A DNA stretch of 58,242 nucleotides, the filler included, from Platydemus manokwari (taxonomy: Eukaryota), in assembly GCA_037951405.1 (NCBI GenBank). It is 5 parts of 5 records of this genome, joined end to end, with 100 filler letters (N's around TTAATTAATTAA, not from the genome) between each part and the next. Parts side by side here need not be neighbours in the genome. Positions count along the whole stretch, not along the records: positions 1 to 9,379 come from JBBMOY011257097.1; positions 9,480 to 19,097 come from JBBMOY011225099.1; 3 more parts are not named here. One strand, written 5' to 3'. A program made the translations under genes and the position numbers. Shown here one piece after another: positions 1 to 12,690 of this stretch (the first letter of the stretch is position 1; each line of letters starts with the position of its first letter). The notes under the pieces were generated by a model. It was not told where the DNA came from. It saw only the letters and a list, made by a program, of their open reading frames with translations, and ran no database searches.

Positions 1-48
<48 letters not shown>

Positions 49-92
49 GATAATAATAATAATAATAATAATAATAACGATAATAATCATAA
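1..92. repeat. (AAT)n microsatellite
   Basis: Direct AAT tandem repeat with occasional AAC/GAT interruptions. Confidence 0.95.
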
Positions 93-799
93 TCAATCAA
101 ACAAAATAAATAAAGTATTTTATAAAACATGTATCAATCGATTCTCATATCAGAGTATAATTTATAATCGATAGATATTATCAATAATAGATGCCAATAA
201 TAATTGTTGTAATCCACAAAAACCCACAAAATAATGCATTAAGATATAATTTAGAAAAAAAACATTTCCTAGATCCAAATAAATAAAATGGTAAAAGATT
301 CTCAATGATTTATCTCACAAATGACGACAACTAATGGATAATTAGATCAATGATGTAATCGTTTGAAATTTTCGAAAGATATAACAACGACAATTTCAAT
401 CATTGTTGTTGTCTATTTATTACTAATCGAGATCAATCGGGAAAATAAATTACAAATAAAATTCATAAATTTACAACTCAACATAAGCAATCCGGACAGA
501 CGAAAGAACAATATGTATGTTTTTATTAAATCGAGCAATGTCACTAATGGAAAACTCATTTCATATGAAAACGATTTGTATTGATAAATTGCCATGGAGA
601 ACTTTATATTTTATCAACAAAACCCACCAATAATTATTATTTTGACAATATGGAGCACAATCTTAAATGATATTCCATCAATACAATAATATATAATTAT
701 AATTAATAACTCACAACAATGCAATTAATAATATAAAATTATTTTGAGAAAATATATTTTATTTCATTTTATCTGATAAAATTTCACAGAAATGGTGAG

Positions 800-910
800 C
801 ATATTAAAATTTAAGATTTTATATTGATTTGTTTAAATAACTGTTTTTAAATTGATAATTTGGTGTCGTGACTTCTCAGTTACTTTTTAATGCCTTCTTT
901 ATAAAATATA
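800..910 (-). repeat. Dispersed repeat copy A (core AAAGTCACGACACCAAATT, reverse orientation)
   Basis: 857-874 aatttggtgtcgtgactt is the reverse complement of the core at 2350, 6752 and 37453; flanks (ttttataaag...catt, ttatttaaacaaat) also align. Confidence 0.65.
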
Positions 911-2309
911 TTTAATTATTTTAAAAAATATGTTATATTTAATACGATATTACCCCACATGATATCGTATTATAAATTATAAATTTATATTGTTTTATTT
1001 TCTCAATAAATATTCCATTTAAACAAATACCAAATAAAAATCAGCAAGAACACTATTACAACGTTTGAAATAAAATTTCGATGAAAATGTTTCGAAAAAA
1101 CAATATTTTAATTATATTTGGTTTGATATGAAAAATTTGGTGAACCAAAATTGTGTGTTAGTGAAAACACTTCCAATAAAAAATGCCAGAATTCATCAGA
1201 TATATAAGGAAAAAATTGATCTTCACAAATGATGTAGTCTCATTCCAATTTCTAAATAATGGTCGAAAATCAATTCTGTGGAATATTGAAACCAATTAAC
1301 CTGAAATAAAAATGGCTAATGAGATTTATATGTTTCACACATCATTAATCTAAGTTACCAGCCAAATGTTCTAACAACATTTTTGTGTTGATCGACAAAT
1401 GTTTTCACTTCAACTGGCCTCATATTTTCGAGCAAATGAGAAAGTGTTATTTTTTAAAATTATCGTTAAAAAATATAGATGTCGATAATACGATAATTGA
1501 CGTTTCTCAGAGTTTGCTGGAGGATATTTTAGTTAATAAAATATTTTCTTCATCGAATTAGGCCAGACGAATTTCTTTTAACGCTTTGAGGTTGATAAAC
1601 ATTCTTATCAAACCTAGAAATCTTTGAATTTCAAATTAAATATTGTGTAATTTATTTATTTATTTACGAATAGTGAACATGTTACTTAAATACTATTTTA
1701 ACAAACTGACGGGCACTTGCGTTTATAACCGTCAAAGCAAAGTTCACTATGTGGCATGACGGCAATTGCCGTCTAAAACGAAACGGTCCTTTTTGGACAA
1801 TGCGGCTATAGCGGCACAAATGTGCTTTTACCGGCGTACAAATAGAAGACTAGTGTCATGTTTTGGAAACAATTCTTTTGGTTGACTTTTGATTTCCACC
1901 TATTACACGACTTGCAGCTTAAGTATGCACATATAGTGTTAAATTTCGAACTTCATTTGTTCCTACTGCCTCTAAATTTGTAACTATTGTGCTTTTCTCT
2001 TATAAGCCGTTGTGGTGCAGTATGAAAACCGAGTATTTCAAACACAAAGAAAAGATAGTAGCAATTTGATTTCAATTTTGTCACATCAAATGCCATCCAA
2101 TCTTGAATTTCATTTTTTTGTTACTAAAACAATAAAAATTGCATTCTCAAAACCGATATTTAAACAAAGTTTATGACACTGAGCCAGTACTTTGTTCTCA
2201 GTAAGATATTTTTGTGCCCTGATGTTTTCCCTTGTGTGCGCAGACATTTTACAACTGTGCGACCTTGTTTTCTCTCACGCGCACAGATTACAGGAAACAT
2301 TGACTGTAA

Positions 2310-2462
2310 GTCGCTACGATTTTATAAAGCACACATTGGAAGCGAAATGAAAAGTCATGACATCAAATTATAATTTAATTGTAATTATTCAAACAAACTA
2401 ATATTTTATAAGAACTTGATTTTAAATTATTTCAAATTTCAATGCATTATTAATCTTCACAT
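2310..2462 (+). repeat. Dispersed repeat copy B
   Basis: gctacgattttataaagcacacatt...aaaagtcatgacatcaaattat...tttcaaatttcaatgcattat aligns by eye with 37416-37568. Confidence 0.7.
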
Positions 2463-5400
2463 GTACTATTTAATTCAGTACAACTGTTGAGAAAATTCGA
2501 TAAATTTATTATTCAGAAGTGTAGTTTATTAATATCTGTATTGATGTTGGTATTTTACATATAATACAGGTTTCAGGATTTTCTTATCTTTAAATTTGCT
2601 TTCGTAAAATACAATTTAAATATGGTTGTGTTTACTTGGCGTAGAGCTCAACAAATATTTGTGTGTTCCAACTCTCTGACTCCAAAAAATAGATTTGTTC
2701 ACTAAGTTTTTTTCTTTACAACAAAATACAACTTTGAACACGAATATTACAATCAAGAGTCAAACCTTCAAATATAAGTTTACAGTAAACGAAATAAACT
2801 TGGAATATTGACCGAGAATATGCTCCTGGTCTAGCTACTTACTAGCGTGCGCAACAAAAGTTACGGACACACAATAATTGATTATATTTTGTAAAACCGA
2901 TATTCTGGAGTTGTATCCACAAATATATTTAATTCACAATCTAATTAATATTAATATTTGGGATACAACTTTCTCGAATATTATAATAACTTAACGATAA
3001 ATAAAATCGCCTGATCTAATTAATACGTCCTAATAAATCGCTGAATTGCGAGAATAGTCAAAAACTTTTTCTAGTTCTGTTTTACTTGCACAGTGACTAT
3101 TTCCTTTAGCAATTCTAATTCTTCTGATTTATTCTTTGAATTTCGTTATTTTTCTTGTTTTGATTAATGGCAGTGACCAGACTGTGTGAAATTGCATATC
3201 TTAATAGGATTGCCTTTGTTTATATACTGCAGCACTGTGCAGTAAACCAATCCATCACTATCTTGTGCTGGTTCTCCACCAATACCACTAATTGGTGTTT
3301 AGTTATCCAAAAATCGGTCGAAACATTTTTGTCGATTAATCATTTCCCAGTCAGGCTAAAGTGAAATTTCTCACCAACTTCACTAGTTGGCCCTGACCTG
3401 TTTTGAATTAATGACAATTTTAGAAGTCGGAAGTTGTTATCTATTTTTAATTAATTGATTCAGTTAAACAAACTGAATTATTTAAATAATTAATTCTATT
3501 ATTCATTTTTAATATTATTTTATTTAAATGTTTAATTTTAGGAAAAATAATTTTATTTTAATAATTACTATTCTCTTTTAGTTTTATTTATTTATTTTTA
3601 TCTTTAAAACATTCCAAATTAAATGCTTTTCGTATTTTTTAATTAATTAGTTTCATTATCTCTTTTTATCAATTATGTTCATTTGATGGGGTCGTCAATA
3701 TTATAATTATTAGTAAATCGAAAATATTTTAATTAATGATACTCAAAAAAATCAGAAACATTGAGAAACAATGTAAAAATAGAAAATTGTTAAAAATACT
3801 CTCGCAAACTGATAATGCAAGCAAATTAACAAATTAGTTTTTATAACTTATTCTAGAATTCTAAAATGAATTAAAATTAAAGAGATTTATAATTGGAATT
3901 TATAAAAAATTATAAATTATTAATTTATTTATTTGAATAATTTGGTTGAATATACTTTGCGTTTTGACATTTTAATTCATGTTCAATGCATGCTTTTTAA
4001 AAACGGTAGCAATTTACAACTTTCATGTTTATCTATTAAGACAACGTTTATCACACCATTTGCTTAAGTAGAGATCATATTTTAAAATAAACCAGACCCC
4101 AAACACTGAACCAACCCGTCCAGCTTAGATGCGGTCCCAAAAAGCAATCTTACAATTGTCTGTCCTGAAATTCAATAGACTAATTTACTTTTTTGTTTCA
4201 TTACTGGAAATCCTATTCTAGGTGACATTTCAAAATAATAGACTCGTTAATTAGAATTGAATGTCTTTCATCCGTTAACATATGCTTGATTTGTGTTCTT
4301 TGATATTATTTGGCTTTGATAGCGATTTTATCAACCCTAAGCAGTTCTGTTGGTATGATAAATAGTTGAAAAACGTTAACAATCATGGCAAATTGACGTA
4401 ATAAATTTTGTAATAAATTAAATATCAATATTAATCGAATTATTAATTTTTATAATTCAATTACATCATTGTTATGTAGTTATCATTATATTATCAGAAT
4501 AATTTTTATACTTTGTACAAGAAACTCAAGTCGAAAATATATTATAAACCCCTCGGAATTACAATGGATTTCATAAATATTTTAATGATTCTGACTCCAG
4601 ACTGTTAGCGTATAGTTAGTCTTCCATTGTGATTGGATGCCATCTCAGAAATTGAACACAGTTGGTTGCTGTTTTTAAATAATGATTATAATATTCTAAT
4701 TTATAAAATTGAGAATTAAATTTTGTTAATCAGTTTAACATAAAAATTATTGAAAATTTGAAATAAAAGAATGTCCAGTGGCATTTTCCTTCAAAAATAA
4801 AGAAATATGAAAAAAAAGATTATCGGTGAAATTTGTTGTTCGACTGTTTTAATATTCAATAAAACGAGACTAATCGATGAAATTGCACTTTTACGAACCT
4901 CTAATAATATCGGGGTTTAATTTCATGAATGAAAATAACTGTAAAAAAATTTTTTAAACTCCATCTAAATTATTTGCCTGTATATGTGTGGTCAATTTAA
5001 TACCACCACATTATTTATACTTGAATATAAATTAAATTTTAAAATATCAAATTCTTAAATTAATTGAATAACTGCTCTCGATCATTAATATTTATTTTCT
5101 AATAATCTATACAAGCTATTAGTTTTTCTAAAACTTTCTTTTATCATTTTAGATCATGATAAAAGAGAATAATATGATAAACTTCTGATTTAAAAGCCTA
5201 AATAAGTCGTTTAAAATATTAATAATTCTTAGTACTGGTCGACTGCTTTAGTTTTCTTTATCATATTTTATAAGCTCGAGCCATTTCAATTATTTAAAAT
5301 AAAATTAATCAAATTAATTAATTTAATTTAAATTTAATTTGTCAGATTTTCATTATTTGAATTCTTCAATTCAATTTTCTTAACTTAGTGTCAGATGTTT

Positions 5401-6727
5401 CCAATTAGCTTCTGATATTTAAAAATGGAATATTCATTTTCATACAAAAATAAAAATTCCGTTTAATTTTTCAGAGAAACTTATTCAATATTCCTTAAAT
5501 TTAACGTAGTTAATTTCTTAATTTAAAATTTACTTGTTTATATACATAGAAATTAATTAACTTATAAATTGAAAATATTTGAGTTTAAAATCGAAATTTA
5601 AACTTGTAAAAATTAGTTGATTAAATTAGTATTACATTGAAATGAAACATTGTTAAATATTTTTATAAACACAAAAAAAATTTTTAAATGTAATAACAAT
5701 ATAAAAATTAAAGAAATTCCTTTACTTAAAATAAACTTTGAAAAAATTAAACATCATTTTAAGAAGTCACATCTCAGGATTAGAGCTCATTATAAAAAGT
5801 GATTTATATGACGATTATATTTCACGTAAATTATTTTAAAAGAATGATTTTCATTGTTTAATCTTAATTAATAGTAATAATTCTGAAAAATAGGAAATCA
5901 GAGGAGACAGTATCAAACAGTCTCTGCTTTGAATCTGTGATGATTGTATGAACAATAGTACCTTATAATTGAATTTTCTATTTCTATTTTTCCAAAGGTT
6001 ACTCATTTAAAAACGAAATTTGAAAATTCATTTTTAATTTAAATCATCACTTACTTAAAGACTTATTTTATTCGTAGAGTTCTTGGAATCTTGAGATTTG
6101 ATTTAAGATTTTCAAAAATATTTAAATTAATATTTACTGAATCGATTGTAATTATCCAATAAAAACTTAATTCCAATGGTGTTTTTTGTTGAATTCATTT
6201 ATTGGAAATATTTCGTTAGAAGATTTGGATCACTTTTGAAGGCAATTAAATCATAAAATTTAGTTGGCAAATTCAGATTTTACGCCAAATTAATTCAATT
6301 ACCAGTGGTTATGAAAAGCCACGACTGGGAAATTGAAAACAATTAAAAAGTCAAACCAAAACCATTTTTGAAATATTTTTTTAATTTATTAAAATTATAA
6401 AAACATTAGAATTTTATCTGTTATTAAGGATTTCTTGATTTTTAACCCAGAATATGGATAAAAAGTTTAATATAAAATTGAAACAATTCGTTGTGAAAGT
6501 CAAGGAGAAATAGAAAAATCAATCTGGCATGTAATAGCTTAAATTGAACTTGTTATTTATATAAATTTTTTGAGCATTCTATATTATAACGTCATAAAAA
6601 ACTGAGCGAGGAGTAAGATCTATTTTTCCTAATTATTAAGCCTTACTAAAATCTTAAATGAAATCAATTTTTTCTTGCAGATATCGGTTAATAAAAGTAA
6701 TACTTTTTTTAAAGTTTGGTTGTCAAA

Positions 6728-6850
6728 ATTGCACGCATTGAAAATTAATTAAAAAGTCACGACACAAAATTTTACTTAACCAAATTACTTAAACAAATTA
6801 TTATGTTTTAATATTAAGTATGAATTAAATCTTTAAAATTTTAATTCATT
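6728..6850 (+). repeat. Dispersed repeat copy C
   Basis: gcacgcattgaaaattaattaaaaagtcacgacacaaaatt matches the family core. Confidence 0.6.
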
Positions 6851-7375
6851 TTAAAAACCTTACAATAATAACAATACTAATAAAAATAATAATGATGATG
6901 ATGATAATAATAATAATAATAATAATTTATAGTTATTTCATTTTTTAATGTAGAACAGTATAAAATCTTAATTTTAAAATACTAATTACACGAGCACATA
7001 CTATGCGATGACATTTATATGACCAATTTTGTTACAAATGTTTGTATCTACCTAAATAGTTCTTCATTAGCTCAACACGACTTACCGATATGGGATTTTT
7101 ACCTTTCAGAGAAAGTTTAAGGTTACCACGACTTTCCTAAAGCACATATATTCTTGAATAAATTATTAAATGCGGTATTACTCGAGATATGTAATGAAAT
7201 AGGTTGATTTAAAATTAATTTATTTCAGTATTAAGGAAAAAAAATATCTCAATATATCTCAAACATATTAAATATTTATTTGTTCTCATGAAATCGACCA
7301 TATTACAGTTCATTTGTAATTATAATTTATTTGAGAGTATATTTTTTTATGAATTTCATATTTAGGTTTTTAACA

Positions 7376-7642
7376 ATGTCACTGCTGGTATTTATCTTTA
7401 TTTTGAGTGCTTCTGTCATTTTGAATGTAACATCGGAATCTGGTCAGGGTAATTGATTTCCGGTTATTTTAAGTTTGAAATATATTTTAGCAGACGACAG
7501 GAATGCCATAAGGAATCTGATCGATGAAAATAATTTATTGAAAGCCATGATAATGAGAAATGACATCGATAATGACATTTACTTTCAAAGACGAATGGAC
7601 AAAAGAATGAAACCTCACATGCCTTTTCATTTTGGCCGATGA
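7376..7642 (+). CDS. Neuropeptide prohormone, 74 aa, exons 7376-7448 and 7491-7642; predicted mature peptide MKPHMPFHF-amide
   Basis: Spliced translation MSLLVFIFILSASVILNVTSESGQADDRNAIRNLIDENNLLKAMIMRNDIDNDIYFQRRMDKRMKPHMPFHFGR*. Hydrophobic signal peptide, acidic spacer, KR convertase site, C-terminal GR amidation signal; 42-bp GT-AG intron in phase 1. Confidence 0.9.
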
Positions 7643-8292
7643 ATACGGATTCGGTCTTGTTTGGAACTCATATAATTAATGTGATTGTTCTCGCTATATA
7701 ATATTTTTAAATATCAGTTGATATCGTTGTTTTATTGGTTTATATTTAATCNNNNNNNNNNNNNNNNNNNNNNNNNNNNNNNNNNNNNNNNNNNNNNNNN
7801 NNNNNNNNNNNNNNNNNNNNNNNNNNNNNNNNNNNNNNNNNNNNNNNNNNNNNNNNNNNNNNNNNNNNNNNNNNNNNNNNNNNNNNNNNNNNNNNNNNNN
7901 NNNNNNNNNNNNNNNNNNNNNNNNNNNNNNNNNNNNNNNNNNNNAAAGCTTTTCTATGCTTCTCTATGATTTAAATTTCATAAAATTCTTGTGGTTTATT
8001 TTATTGGTTTGTGTGTCTGTAATAAGCTTAGGAAGTAATTCCACTTTGCTTTGTCCAGGTCACAATGATCCGGTGGTGCGGATTGAATTGTGTTAAATAA
8101 TGTGTCATTTTTAGAGAATAGCTAAGTTGAATGGCTCATTAAAACAATGTTGATCAATAACGATTAATGAAACACTAATGAATTCTTATTAAGTAGAAAA
8201 AGTATGAAAGAATTAACTATGAAAACAGTTTATTTTCTAATGAGAAAATTCCTCAATGTAATGAAATTGGGGAGAAAAACACAGTAAAACGC

Positions 8293-8699
8293 CTAATAGA
8301 GACGTGATAACCAATAAGTTGGATGAATGGAAAATGTGATTCGAAATGACAATGACAACAACCAAAAAGAATTACTGAATTCGTCGCAAGAATTGGCCAA
8401 TAAATTGCTATTAATATTAAAGTTTAGACTGTTGGATACTCCAAGGTCGCTTGATCCGTTGAGCATGCATTTTTTGATCTGACGCGGTTGTTGTGAGATC
8501 ATATTGATGACAGGCCGACTTGACTGATATGAACCAGCCATGTGATTATTACCATTGTTTGTCAATGTAGTTGATGGTACATTATGAATCGTTGTTGAAC
8601 CTACAACATCATCTTTGGAATTTATTGTTATTAATGGTGGTGTGGCTTTACAGTCGATTGTTGGCCAATTTGATGGATGCATCACTTCCCGCTCAATTT
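8293..8699 (-). CDS. Terminal coding exon of a minus-strand gene (S/T/N-rich stalk plus hydrophobic, GPI-like tail); upstream exons not found
   Basis: 130-aa ORF extends upstream to a tttaag acceptor at 8701-8700, giving (E)IEREVMHPSNWPT...; more GC-rich than flanks; ends SFWLLSLSFRITFSIHPTYWLSRLY*. Confidence 0.55.
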
Positions 8700-9311
8700 C
8701 TTAAAGGTATAAAACAATTATTAAATAAATCACCTATAGCGATAAAATTATCAACATACACCCACATGGACATTAAATGTTGGAAAAATCATTGAAAAAT
8801 TCCATTCATCAAATTCGATTTCTGATTATAGGTGGCAAAATAAAAAAAAACAAACGAAAACATTTTATCAATTCTTTCCCCATTCTCTATTTGAAATCCG
8901 ATATTTACATCAATGAAAATCACATTCGATATCAGGTTCAACATTTTTACATCAACAACAATAAAATGGTTGACAACAAAATATGGTTATTGTGATTTGT
9001 CGTAAATAAATTTCATTTCTAGATCAAGTAATACCAGTAATCTTACATCGAAAATAAGGAGTTGAAACAAATTATAGGAATCATTGGGATGCCAAATGAG
9101 TTCAGCCGTAAATGATGAATTATATGGAGATTCTGTCGAGTCGCCTATATTTTATCAAGTTGTCGAAAGAGATAAAGATTTCGAAACATCTTTGTTAAGA
9201 AAGTAATTCAGCAACAATAGCATTGAATAAAATTTGATAAACAGGACTACCCAAAAACATAGAAAATATTTCTTCCATGTATTGCTTAAGTGGTATCAAA
9301 TATAAGTAATT

Positions 9312-9379
9312 TATTATTATTATTATTATTATTATTGTTATTATTATTATTATTATTGTTGTTATTATTATTACTATTA
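9312..9379. repeat. (ATT)n microsatellite abutting an assembly gap
   Basis: Direct tandem repeat. Confidence 0.9.
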
Positions 9380-12300
9380 NNNNNNNNNNNNNNNNNNNNN
9401 NNNNNNNNNNNNNNNNNNNNNNNTTAATTAATTAANNNNNNNNNNNNNNNNNNNNNNNNNNNNNNNNNNNNNNNNNNNNTTTTTTATTGAATTTTCCAAA
9501 TGAAACACGTTTTATTGAAAAGCATAGATTTACATTTTAAATAAAATTTTGGAATAAAAAATTCTAAAACAAACAATATAACTCATAATCAAAATGATTT
9601 TTATCATAAGAAAAATAACTTTAAATTTTACAAATTTGCTAACAGAAAACCAACTGAGTCGTCAACAAAGGAAATCTTAGATTACATAAATCGACAAATA
9701 AAATTTCTTTCCAAGAAATATTAACAAAGAACAACGTAGTAGAAAAAAGAACATAAAAAGAAACAAATCCAAGAGAGGAAAAAGAACAAATAATAAAAAT
9801 TTAATTCGGACTTACTTTGAATATTTTTCCTTGATTTAACCATTTTCTTTTTGCACACAACAAGTAAAACTTAGAACATCTGAGAATTATTAAGTTTCAT
9901 TTATCAACAACTATGTATTATATCGACAGAATATGTGCATGTGTTAATAAAGGAAGATATAACACCACAAATTGCAGAATATAGCCAGATTATTTAATTA
10001 CTACATAAAATAGAAAATCAATAGGTCACTATGCAAATTAGAAGAACACCGTTTCAGTTTTAGACACTTGATATCAGGACAAGAGCAGTAGATAGTGGAA
10101 TTTCATTCCAAAGAGGGTTTTTAAAGTGAAAATACATTCTACAAGACGTAGAAGAAACCAGAAAGACCATAAATGTTCCAATCAAACTACAAACTCCTGT
10201 TCATCGTGGACCACTCCAAGCAAGCCGACAAAAATGTAGAATACCAAAACATTGTATTTACAAAAAAAGTTAGGCAGTTAAGTGTTTGATAATTCGAAAA
10301 TACTGCAATGATTTACCTAAGCTCCAAACTCCATGAAATATTGAATACTATATTTAAAAAGATAATTTTCTTGAATTGAAAATGTATATATTTCTTGAGT
10401 GTTGAACATTGGGCATGAGAAAAATTTTAATTGAATAAGAATGATCATAAAACTTTAATAAAAGCCATTCTTGGATTCATTATCAATGTACATGATTATA
10501 GGATGTGGTATGATTGAAACAAAATATCTTAACGTCCATCTGAATGTATCATGTGAAAAGCCATGATCAAATGTATTTTAACAAAAAATTATACAAATTA
10601 GTGACTGACAAATGAATTTCAATTGCCTTTAATAAGCAGCATTCAATTATTTTGATATTGACATATACTTATTAGTGACTTTACCATAGATGAAATAAAT
10701 ATAAAAATTATATCTATTCCCATACACATAAATTTATCTGTCAATGGCTAATTTATAAGTTTGTTTATCTTAATATTTACATTTGATTATTCATTAATCC
10801 TAGTTTAAAATAATTCATTTTAGTATAAGAAAATTCTCATTATATAAATGAAAATTATGTGAAAACGCTTTAATTTGCTTATTCTAGCAATACTGTTGGA
10901 ATGTGATACGCAATTATCGTATAACCATAATTATATCATGCTTACTAGCTTGTTAAATTTATCGATGATTATCATCAAACATTGTTTTATAGACGAACCC
11001 TGTCCATTTGGACATTATCTATCACAGTCATTTCGTCTGTGATATTTCTTTCATCTTTTATTTCGTTGAGTTGAGAATTGAATTTCTAAAATTCTGTACT
11101 ATTGGATGAAAATATCCAAAAAAAATTTTAAATTGGCTTTATCTCATTGTCTTTCTGTTGTTCTTCTTAATCCTTAGAACAACTTCTTGTTTATCTTGAG
11201 CTTGTGCCAAATATTTACCATTGTGGACATGATGTTTATACAATTTCTACAACATCATCGGTGGTTTCGAGATCATCTTGTTTTATTTGCAGTTAAAATA
11301 TCATATTGGAATCGTTAAGTCATTCATATCCAAAGCTGAAAGCTTACGGACTTGTTAATGGTATTCAGAACAACTAATTATCTGTTATAGTGATGGGCTG
11401 CGATCCACATGCTATGCCTTCGCTAAGAGCAGGTTCAATTATATAAAAACTAGCATCTAATTAAACCACAAACATCAGATTTTTGAGATGATAATCTGAA
11501 ATTGGTATTGGGTCACTTTGGAGCACTTCATATTTACTGACACTGTATATAGATGCTGTTAGATCAAGAATGCACTACAACAACTTTAAAACGTAATCAT
11601 GATAATAATTTGTGCATCAAGCTTTCAAAAATTCTTTTGATCTTGCATAATATAAGGCTGACTAACTTCAAAACCAACATAAAATTTCAACACCACAAAT
11701 CCTAAATCATACCCTTTTCTAAGCCTAGTAATTCCATTATTTGTTTGACAGTTTACTGATTAAAATGTGTATTTTGTTCTGTGTTCAACTGGGTTTTACT
11801 GCGTTAATTTCGATGAATTCATATCATTTATTTCTATCAACTTGATTCCAAACACTTTAATTGTATCAATTTCACCTATGAAATGAAGATAGATTCTTTT
11901 GATCAGTTTTGTTTAAACTTGTTTATAATTCAAGATAATTTGCTGATATTAGAATCAAAGTAAGGGATATATAATTTCAACAAATAAGCAATATCCAGAA
12001 TTACACTTTATAGACGCGGCAACTCAGCCCTGGTTTTGTCTGCATTATTATTATATAGCTTCAAAATGACAGAATAATTATGAATTTGAGGTCAATAAAA
12101 TTTGAGCAAGTACAAAATAGATTAAGATCTTAAAATAACGGAAAGGTAAAGAAAAATAGAAGAAAGTTTGACAACATCTATCAACTGAAATCTGATATTT
12201 TTAGATAAAACAGGAGAAAATGCAGAAATTGTTAATATTTTATTAAAAAAATTAAACCTATTAATAAGTTATACATAAGCGTGACACGAAAATCAAGTTA

Positions 12301-12690
12301 TTTTATGGAAAACTTAAAACAATAAATGTATTTTACATATAGGATGAATAGCCTGATAGTTTTACGTAATTTATCGGACAGATCTTGAAAAGAATAGAAT
12401 AAAATAATTCGAATAATAATTAAATAATTGCGTGCAAGTTTCAATGAAAGCCTGGCTAATCATGATCCAAATATGATCTTTAATTCCATAGTTTATAATT
12501 CTGATAATAAAAGACTAATAACAGTAGAACTTGTTATTTGCCTGTTTCCTATCCAATAAACTGCCATGGAAATTTCTATCCATGTAAAAGCAAGAAAATA
12601 GTTGTGAAAATAACCAATAAGATATTGAATATGAACGTTATGGATTTTTAGCATTATAAAAGCGTACCAAAGTAGACAAAGCGAATAATA

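Noticed and set aside
1225-1613. Minus-strand segments with splice-like boundaries (MRPVEVKTFVDQHKNVVRTFGW^LIGFNIPQN*)
   Set aside because: Only about 31 codons, upstream frames closed, no recognisable motif.
3170-3340. Minus-strand PISGIGGEPAQDSDG segment resembling a retroelement protease flap
   Set aside because: Bounded by stops, with no DTG/DSG motif; too weak to call.
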